A stretch of 64,000 nt of DNA from an uncultured Erysipelothrix sp. (GTDB lineage Bacteria > Bacillota_I > Bacilli_A > Erysipelotrichales > Erysipelotrichaceae), in contig CAZVKL010000001.1 in NCBI GenBank assembly GCA_964627845.1, positions 95,370 through 159,369 of the forward strand, written 5' to 3'. Under the pieces are notes generated by a model. It was not told where the DNA came from. It did no database searches and was given only the letters and a program-made list of their open reading frames with translations. Position 1 is the first letter of the stretch. The number at the start of each line of letters is the position of its first letter. A program made the position numbers and the translations under genes. Positions 57,331 to 64,000 of the stretch are shown in pieces.

Positions 57331-58285
57331 AAGGGGTGAATATAAAAGTAAATACCTGCTCTTCATTTTGAGTATTAGTCCCTACTTTATTCTCGAATTC
57401 GATGCTTTGTTCTGACAATCGATACTTGACTAAATAGTTATCTTCCTGGGCAATTTCACGTCCATATAAGAGATTATTGACAGCGTCGATATGGATATTG
57501 CCTAAGGTTTCATCTAATTTGACTTCATTCATGACTTCTAGACTCTGTGCATCGATAAAGTGGATGGTTGATGGTGATCCTGATAAGACCAAATATTGAT
57601 CATTATAGACTGCTAAATCAGACGCATCGTTTGAAACTAATCTGGTTCTGATTTGATACAGTTCATTTAATTCAAATAGAACCACGTCATCATTTTTCTT
57701 ACCAAGGAAGAGGAGTTTATCCTCATTGACTAAACTTCGATGACTCAGTATAAGATTCGTTTCAATTTCATTCACCAGTTCTAAATCATCATTATAAACT
57801 TGTAGGGTTTGATTTTGATCACCTGTAACTACAATAATTTGGTTATTAAATAAATGAATGCTTTTTGGATTTACATCTGTCAATTCAATTTCTTGTTGAT
57901 CAACCCCACGTTTTACTAAGAAAGCTTGACCGTTAAAGGACCGTAAATAAATAATATTTTGTTGGTCAAAGGTTGAGTTGATTAATTGACCACCAACTTG
58001 GTGTTGTTGATGGAGTGACCCATCCCCTGTGTTCATCTTAAAAAAGACAAAGTCATTATCAAAGCCGTACAATAATAATTCATTCTTAAATCGAGTAATA
58101 GGTGGTACCACTAATTTATCAATTTCTTGTAGTCCAATTTCATTGAGATTTTCATCGTAATACACCAGCTCAGATTGTGGTCCACTCCTTAAAATGCCAA
58201 CGCTATAGGGCTCTTCTAAGGCAAATGGTTCCCCTTGACAGGCCACTAATAATAACACGAATATAAGACTGACGATCTTTTTCAT
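57329..58285 (-). CDS. hypothetical lipoprotein, probably beta-propeller (YVTN-like repeats)
   Basis: Signal peptide with lipobox LLLVAC. Beta-rich repeats of about 40-45 aa with a recurring [YF]-[NDE]-x-x-L-x-x-hydrophobic pattern (VYYDENLNEIG, VYNDDLELVNEI, FIDAQSLEVMNEV). No catalytic motif recognised. Confidence 0.7.
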   Translation of the reverse strand: MKKIVSLIFVLLLVACQGEPFALEEPYSVGILRSGPQSELVYYDENLNEIGLQEIDKLVVPPITRFKNELLLYGFDNDFVFFKMNTGDGSLHQQHQVGGQLINSTFDQQNIIYLRSFNGQAFLVKRGVDQQEIELTDVNPKSIHLFNNQIIVVTGDQNQTLQVYNDDLELVNEIETNLILSHRSLVNEDKLLFLGKKNDDVVLFELNELYQIRTRLVSNDASDLAVYNDQYLVLSGSPSTIHFIDAQSLEVMNEVKLDETLGNIHIDAVNNLLYGREIAQEDNYLVKYRLSEQSIEFENKVGTNTQNEEQVFTFIFTP

Positions 58286-58315
58286 AATGGACTCCTTTAC
58301 CAGTCAAATGAACCG

Positions 58316-58344
58316 AAAAAATCTTAACATGCCGTTAAGATTTT
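58316..58344 (-). terminator. intrinsic terminator after nrnA (repeat copy B)
   Basis: - strand AAAATCTTAAC-GGCAT-GTTAAGATT followed by T6. The nrnA stop codon lies inside the stem. Confidence 0.75.
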
Positions 58345-59276
58345 AAGCGATTATTTAAGATTTCAATTAATTCTTGGGTCTGTTCAAAACTTAAATCACG
58401 GGTTGCGGCAGCGAGCAGGTGCCCTCCACCCCCAAAGTCAGCGGCAATATCATTGATCCTAGTGTCTCTTGATCGGATGGTAGTCCGATATAAGCCTGTG
58501 TTTTCTTTAATTAACAGCATCCAAATTTGAGCACTCTCTTTTTCTTTAAAAATATTAACCACTTCTTTTGCTTGATTCACACTTAAATCAAAGCGGCTCA
58601 GTATTTCAGGTTCAATATAACAATAGACTAAACCTTCCTCTGTTTCAGTGGCGGCTCCTCTAAGATAGGTTATGTAGTTGAAGGTATTATCAGAGAGTTT
58701 AAATAATTCATTATGAATCTCCCCTACTTTTAGATTCGACTCTAGTAATTTTGATGCCGTCAAAAGAGTTAAGTGATTCACTGAATTAATGGAGAATGAG
58801 ACGGTGTCCGTTAACATTCCCGCATAGAGATAACGACTCACAATTTCTGATAAAGGTTGTTGTTGCTCCAATAACAACATCGCAATAATTTGAGAACAAC
58901 TTGAAATTTGATCTTCAACAAAATTATAATGAGCATAATTATCTCTGGGTGGATGATGGTCGATTTTAACAATTGTTTTGGCGAAAAGATAACGTTGATC
59001 ATCGACTCGTGGAGCATTGGCCGTGTCACAGACAATGGCCAGTGATTCTTTGATAATGTCATCACGGACCACATCACTCTCTTCAAAAAACAACTGATGG
59101 GAACCTTGTTCAGCACTTACCATATAAATGGATTTTTCAGGATAGGTCTCCATTAAATAGTGTTTCAATCCTAAACTAGAACCATAAGCATCCCCATCAG
59201 GAGAGATATGTCTAAAAAGAGTAATCGTGTTACTCTTTTGAACGAGCTCAAAAAATTGTTTCGACCAATTAAACAT
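58335..59276 (-). CDS. nrnA: DHH/DHHA1 phosphoesterase NrnA (oligoribonuclease / pAp phosphatase)
   Basis: RHISPDGDAYGS, DTAN, DHH, GGGH motifs. ATG at 59276 is preferred over the TTG at 59303. Confidence 0.88.
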   Translation of the reverse strand: MFNWSKQFFELVQKSNTITLFRHISPDGDAYGSSLGLKHYLMETYPEKSIYMVSAEQGSHQLFFEESDVVRDDIIKESLAIVCDTANAPRVDDQRYLFAKTIVKIDHHPPRDNYAHYNFVEDQISSCSQIIAMLLLEQQQPLSEIVSRYLYAGMLTDTVSFSINSVNHLTLLTASKLLESNLKVGEIHNELFKLSDNTFNYITYLRGAATETEEGLVYCYIEPEILSRFDLSVNQAKEVVNIFKEKESAQIWMLLIKENTGLYRTTIRSRDTRINDIAADFGGGGHLLAAATRDLSFEQTQELIEILNNRLKS

Positions 59277-60465
59277 TATAGAAATTGTATGTGTCTCTGG
59301 CAATAACTAGTTCTTCATCGGTTGGAACAAGCCATACTTGTGTTTTAGAATCTTCTTTTGAAAGAAGTGTATCTTCACCACGGACACCCGCATTTAATTC
59401 ATAATCAATGTTTAAATTCATTGCTTCTTCTAAGCGTTTAAGAATTTCTTGTCGGATTACGCCATCATTTTCACCAATTCCACCTGTAAACACCATGGCA
59501 TCAACATGACCTAATTGAACAAAGTATGAACCGACGGTTTGAGCGACACGGTTGGCATAAAGATTTTGAGTTAAGATAGCTCTTGGATTGCCTTCTTGGA
59601 CCGCGTTACCTAAATCACGTGCATCACTACTAATACCAGAAACACCTAACATTCCAGATCGTTTATTATAAACGTTCACCACTTCTTGAGCGGTTTGTTC
59701 TGTTTTATCCATGATATACGTAATAATGGATGGGTCCACATCCCCAGAGCGGGTTCCCATCATAATTCCAGCGAGTGGTGTAAAGCCCATTGAAGTATTG
59801 ACAGATAGACCTTTTTCAACTGCTGTAATGGATGCTCCATTGCCTAAGTGCAGTGTAATCACATTGATATCTTCGACCTTTTTACCCATCAATTCAGCGA
59901 CTTTCTTGGATACAAATTGATGAGAAGTTCCATGGAATCCATAACGACGGACACCATAGTCTTTATAGTAATCATAAGGGATTGGATATAAATAGAACTC
60001 TTCTTTCATTGTTTGATGGAATGCTGTATCAAAAACAGCAGTATGTACCGCATTTGGCAGTGCTTTTTTAAAGGCACGATATCCAATTAAGTTAGCAGGG
60101 TTATGTAGAGGTGCTAAGTCAGATAAATCTTCAATGTTCTTTTCGACTTCTTCATCAATAATCACGGTTTTATCATAAAGTTCTCCACCATGAACTACGC
60201 GATGTCCGACGCCCACAACATCGTTTAGGTCTTCGACAATTTTATTGTCAACTAAACCATCTAAGACAAGTTTGGCAGCGACTTTATGATCAGGAATTGG
60301 TTGATTGACTATTTTCTTTTCACCATTAAATTTAATCGTAAAAATTCCTTCTTCTAGTCCGATTCTTTCAACGATACCAGAAGCAATCATTTCTTCTTGT
60401 GGCATTTCAAATAAAGTAAATTTCAGTGATGAACTTCCGGCATTAATTGATAATATTTTACTCAT
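59269..60465 (-). CDS. ackA: acetate kinase
   Basis: MSKILSINAGSSSLKF, HRVVHGG, GFHGTSH, TGGIGEN. ATG at 60465 follows GGAGGA. Confidence 0.95.
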   Translation of the reverse strand: MSKILSINAGSSSLKFTLFEMPQEEMIASGIVERIGLEEGIFTIKFNGEKKIVNQPIPDHKVAAKLVLDGLVDNKIVEDLNDVVGVGHRVVHGGELYDKTVIIDEEVEKNIEDLSDLAPLHNPANLIGYRAFKKALPNAVHTAVFDTAFHQTMKEEFYLYPIPYDYYKDYGVRRYGFHGTSHQFVSKKVAELMGKKVEDINVITLHLGNGASITAVEKGLSVNTSMGFTPLAGIMMGTRSGDVDPSIITYIMDKTEQTAQEVVNVYNKRSGMLGVSGISSDARDLGNAVQEGNPRAILTQNLYANRVAQTVGSYFVQLGHVDAMVFTGGIGENDGVIRQEILKRLEEAMNLNIDYELNAGVRGEDTLLSKEDSKTQVWLVPTDEELVIARDTYNFYNV

Positions 60466-60778
60466 AGTTTTCCTCCTCATACGCTTTGAGCAATTTCTCT
60501 ATTTCTGGGTTCTTACAGGCTTTTATGTCACTAAACAATTGATTGAGTCGCTTGTTTTTGGCGACTAAATTAAGGTTAGTTTCATACTCTAATAATAGTT
60601 GTTCGGTTCGCTTTAATGAATCGTAGATCGCATTTTTTGACACACCTTGATTATCGGCAATCTCCTGCAAGGATAAATCTTGTTGATAATAGTCGATGGC
60701 GACAATTCGTTGTTTGTCGGTTAACAGTGTTTCATATTGATCTAATAACAAATTCATTTGAGTGACTTTTTCAATCAT
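60458..60778 (-). CDS. ylxM: YlxM/UPF0122 helix-turn-helix protein (SRP-operon associated)
   Basis: LLDQYETLLTDKQRIVAIDYYQQDLSLQEIADNQGVSKNAIYDSLKRTEQLLLEYE is the typical YlxM sigma-70-region-4-like HTH. Directly downstream of ftsY. Confidence 0.85.
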   Translation of the reverse strand: MIEKVTQMNLLLDQYETLLTDKQRIVAIDYYQQDLSLQEIADNQGVSKNAIYDSLKRTEQLLLEYETNLNLVAKNKRLNQLFSDIKACKNPEIEKLLKAYEEENYE

Positions 60779-61733
60779 GACTCTCAACCTGTAACATGGA
60801 TTCAAAGAACTGGTCACGATAGAATGGTCTCATATCGTCCATTTGTTCGCCTAGTCCGATGTAATTCACTTTTAAATTCATTTCATCAATAATTGTAAAG
60901 ATGATACCACCTTTGGCTGTTCCATCCATTTTCGTTAAGATAATGCCATCCACGTGTGTTGCTTTTTCAAATTCACGTGCTTGATTCAGTGAGTTTTGAC
61001 CTAAATTACCATCTAAGACTAAGTATGTGGCGTGTGGTGCACCCTCCACAAATTTATCCATAACACGTTTCATCTTGGCTAATTCATTCATTAGATTCAC
61101 TTTTGTTTGAAGACGACCTGCCGTATCAACTAACACGACGTCGAGTTGGGAAGTCAAGGCTTGTTGTAAACCATCGACAATGACTGAACTTGGATCTTGA
61201 TTCAGATTACCTTGATAAAACTCTACACCAATCTTTTCGGCCCATAAGCCTAATTGTTGGGTGGCTGCTGCTCTGAAGGTATCGGCGGCGATTAAACCAA
61301 CTTTCAACCCTTGGTTTTTATACATGGACGCTAGCTTGGCACAAGAGGTTGTTTTTCCTGAACCATTCACACCAACTAAAAGGATAACGTTTAATCCTTC
61401 TTTTAGTTGTAATTGGGCTGCATCTTGACCATAGAAATCATTGAGTACTTGTAAGAACACATCTTTGGCGTATTTCTTTTCAACGATTTGGTTTTCTTCT
61501 AATTGAATTTGAAATTGGTTAAGCAGTTTTTTAGCGGTCTTCACTGAAACGTCAGCTTCAATTAAAACGACCATCATGCGTTCAATCCATGCATCATCAA
61601 TTTCAGTTTCTTCTTCAAAGAGTAGTAATAACTTATTGATGAATTCAGATTTTCGACGGTCTAACCCTTCAGAGTAAACTTGTTTATCACTCCGGTTTAA
61701 AAACCGTTCTTTAATATTTTTGAAAAATGACAT
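60771..61733 (-). CDS. ftsY: signal recognition particle receptor FtsY
   Basis: GVNGSGKTTS, DTAGRL, TKMDGTAKGG; 320 aa. Confidence 0.95.
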   Translation of the reverse strand: MSFFKNIKERFLNRSDKQVYSEGLDRRKSEFINKLLLLFEEETEIDDAWIERMMVVLIEADVSVKTAKKLLNQFQIQLEENQIVEKKYAKDVFLQVLNDFYGQDAAQLQLKEGLNVILLVGVNGSGKTTSCAKLASMYKNQGLKVGLIAADTFRAAATQQLGLWAEKIGVEFYQGNLNQDPSSVIVDGLQQALTSQLDVVLVDTAGRLQTKVNLMNELAKMKRVMDKFVEGAPHATYLVLDGNLGQNSLNQAREFEKATHVDGIILTKMDGTAKGGIIFTIIDEMNLKVNYIGLGEQMDDMRPFYRDQFFESMLQVESHD

Positions 61734-64000
61734 TAGGCACCTCCATCTTGTGCTAATCTCTGAGCATCTTTGAGTTGAACTCGTAAGATGTTTGAAATTC
61801 CTTGTTGAGCCATGGTTACCCCAAATAAAACGTCACATTGGGTCATGGTTCCAGGTCTGTGGGTGACGACAATAAATTGTGTCTCATGTGAAAATTCTTT
61901 TAAGTATTTAGCAAATCTTGCGACATTAGCTTGGTCCAAGGCTGCTTCTACTTCATCAAAGATGACCAGTGGGACATCTCTGGCTTTCATAATCGCAAAC
62001 AGAACACTAATGGCGATGAGTGATTTTTCACCCCCAGAGAATAAACGAATGTTTTGAATTGTTTTACCAGGTGGTTGAACATCAATATCGATTCCAGAAT
62101 TGAGTAAGTCATCGGGATCTTCTAACACCAGTCTGGCTTTACCACCGCCAAATAAGGTGACGAAGACTTCGTTGAATTCACTATTGATCTTATCGAACAT
62201 TTGTTTAAACTCAGAAGTCATAATATCGTCCATTTCATTGATGAACGCTAATAATTGATCTTTGGCTTCTTGAAGTTCTTTTAGTTGTCCGTTTAAAAAC
62301 TCATATCGAGTGTTTACTTCTTCGTACTCTTCTGGTGCACTCATATTGATTGAGCCTAACTTATTAATATCATGTCTAAGGCTATTGACTAAGTCTTTTG
62401 ATTCTCCTAGTTCAATATCGGCATGCTCTTTCTTGGCAAATTCATAAGTCATTTGATATTCCGTAGCCAAGCGATTCATCGCATTTTCAATTGAGGTTTC
62501 TGCTTTACCAACCGAAACGCGAACGCTTGAAGACTGCTGTTGGAGCTCGTTAAGTGACTTTCTTAATATTGAATTTTCTTGAGAGAGTTTTTGTTGAGCC
62601 GAAGATAGTGATAAACGATCTTCACGACTCAGAGATATGTGATTGACTAGATTATCTCGTTTTTGATAATTACTATTGAGTTGGTCAATCAGTTCGTCTT
62701 TAAAACCATTTTCTTTGAATCCATCGACTGGATCGAGTAATTCTAAATCTGCTTTTAACTTTTCATATTTCCCTTGTTTTACGTCAACAATGGGTTCTAT
62801 TTGAGCTAATCCAAGTCGAGTTTCTAATATCAGTTGAGAATATTCTTTGTTTTTTGACTCTAAAGTGGTTCGTCTTTGTTCAATGTCCAATAATTTTTGA
62901 TTAACTTGTTCAATTTGTTCATCAATTAGTTTAATCTCTTTTTGAGCCATCATTAACGATGTATTCTCTTTTTGTTGACCACCAGAGATTGTTCCTCCAA
63001 TATGGAAGATATCCCCTTCTAAGCTGACCACTTTATACCGATAATTTAAATAACGAGCTAATGTATTGGCTTGATCTAAACCATCACAGATGAGCACGTT
63101 CCCTAATAGATTGTGGGCCAGTGGAGCATGCTGACTTTCATAATCGACAAAGTCAGATCCTACACCTAAAAAACCTTCAATATTTTGAGCGATGACTAAA
63201 TCATCATGCCTTAAGGTTCTTGGCTTAATGACACTCAGTGGAATAAACGTGGCTCGACCACTTCGATTTTGTTTTAAGAATCGGATGGCGTTTTTAGCAT
63301 CTTCTTCTGTTTGAGTGACAATATGATTTGAGCTTCCCCCTAATGCGGTGCTTATCGCTTGTTGATATCCATCTTGAGCGATGAGTAATTTCACGACGAC
63401 ATCTTCAATTCCTACTAAGGAGTTTTTGTGTCGTAAGATGGCTTGAATACCCGCTTGGGTGATAAAGGGTCTGTCTATGAGTTGTTGTTGATTATTTCGT
63501 CGATTCTTTAATTGGTTTAAGCGTGCTTGAGCACTTTCATATTCACTGTTTAATTCGACTAAAGAAGAGGTGTTATTCAAGTTTTGTTGATTTAACAAGT
63601 CTAACTCCGCTTTTAAATCATCGAGTCTTGTTAATCGATCTTGATATTCATGATACGCTTGGTTCATTAAATTTGTCAGTTCTTGTGTCTTTTCTTCTAA
63701 GTTCCCAACTTCTAGAACATACTTACTCTTTTCGTCTAGTTCTGTTTTACGGGCTTCCAGACGCTGAATTTCTTTCATGACCAGCATTAAAGATTCTTGA
63801 TCTTTATGGATTGAACTATCAAGTTCTTCTAATTGAAGACGATGATTTGAGATCTTATGATCATTGACATTATAGGTTGCGTCCATTGAGACCATTTTTT
63901 GATCATAGTCCTCTAAAGTGTCTTTCATCGTTTCAATATCGCTTGCGTATTTTTCTATTTCTTTGACTAAAACAGCCACTTCGATTTCTTTTAATTGAGA
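61733..64000 (-). CDS. smc: chromosome segregation protein SMC (C-terminal about 755 aa; N-terminus outside the window)
   Basis: Coiled coils, hinge region (GVGSDFV...), signature LSGGEKSLIAI, Walker B LVIFDEVEAALD. The reading frame stays open to the window edge. Confidence 0.93.
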   Translation of the reverse strand, partial: SQLKEIEVAVLVKEIEKYASDIETMKDTLEDYDQKMVSMDATYNVNDHKISNHRLQLEELDSSIHKDQESLMLVMKEIQRLEARKTELDEKSKYVLEVGNLEEKTQELTNLMNQAYHEYQDRLTRLDDLKAELDLLNQQNLNNTSSLVELNSEYESAQARLNQLKNRRNNQQQLIDRPFITQAGIQAILRHKNSLVGIEDVVVKLLIAQDGYQQAISTALGGSSNHIVTQTEEDAKNAIRFLKQNRSGRATFIPLSVIKPRTLRHDDLVIAQNIEGFLGVGSDFVDYESQHAPLAHNLLGNVLICDGLDQANTLARYLNYRYKVVSLEGDIFHIGGTISGGQQKENTSLMMAQKEIKLIDEQIEQVNQKLLDIEQRRTTLESKNKEYSQLILETRLGLAQIEPIVDVKQGKYEKLKADLELLDPVDGFKENGFKDELIDQLNSNYQKRDNLVNHISLSREDRLSLSSAQQKLSQENSILRKSLNELQQQSSSVRVSVGKAETSIENAMNRLATEYQMTYEFAKKEHADIELGESKDLVNSLRHDINKLGSINMSAPEEYEEVNTRYEFLNGQLKELQEAKDQLLAFINEMDDIMTSEFKQMFDKINSEFNEVFVTLFGGGKARLVLEDPDDLLNSGIDIDVQPPGKTIQNIRLFSGGEKSLIAISVLFAIMKARDVPLVIFDEVEAALDQANVARFAKYLKEFSHETQFIVVTHRPGTMTQCDVLFGVTMAQQGISNILRVQLKDAQRLAQDGGA

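Noticed and set aside
1-64000. CRISPR arrays, tRNA/rRNA genes, IS elements, toxin-antitoxin pairs or known defence-system gene sets
   Set aside because: No regularly spaced direct repeats, no tRNA T-loop/acceptor patterns in the intergenic regions, no transposase/integrase/RT/nuclease-NTPase clusters. Every ORF over 100 aa outside shadow frames is accounted for by housekeeping functions.

Overview
AT-rich chromosomal segment of a low-GC Gram-positive (Bacillota-type) organism. The lineage call rests on PolC plus DnaE, a comG pseudopilus operon, L27 with a Prp-cleaved propeptide, the ylxR/ylxQ genes and standard code 11 (TGA used as a stop). The window is almost all core housekeeping, arranged as a mosaic of synteny blocks known from Bacillus: comG; cmk-der-hup; xerD-deoB; nusB-xseAB-ispA-dxs-recN; polC-rimP-nusA-infB-rbfA/truB-ribF; yloUV-recG-rnc; murG-murB-divIB; ruvAB; rplU-prp-rpmA-obg; dnaE/nrnA; smc-ftsY-ylxM. 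Genes run mainly on + up to 14.7 kb and almost only on - from 15.0 kb. At that convergence point sits a 28-bp XerCD dif site that no ORF explains, so the window probably spans the replication terminus. Other non-ORF features are an FMN riboswitch before ribU, a lysine riboswitch before an amino-acid ABC operon, a probable L21 leader, two short genes missing from the ORF track (rpmG and a 31-aa prepilin), and several intrinsic terminators. I found no CRISPR array, mobile element, tRNA/rRNA or recognisable defence island, and no convincing new multi-gene system. The observations most worth follow-up are: (1) a full-length DXS homologue with every cofactor/catalytic motif substituted, next to apparently intact ispG/ispH/ispA; (2) an EF-P with Arg instead of Lys at the loop tip; (3) the dif/terminus locus with two coupled micro-ORFs beside it; (4) a lipoprotein gene bracketed by two near-identical terminator modules. 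All calls come from reading the translations and sequence by eye; no database search was run.
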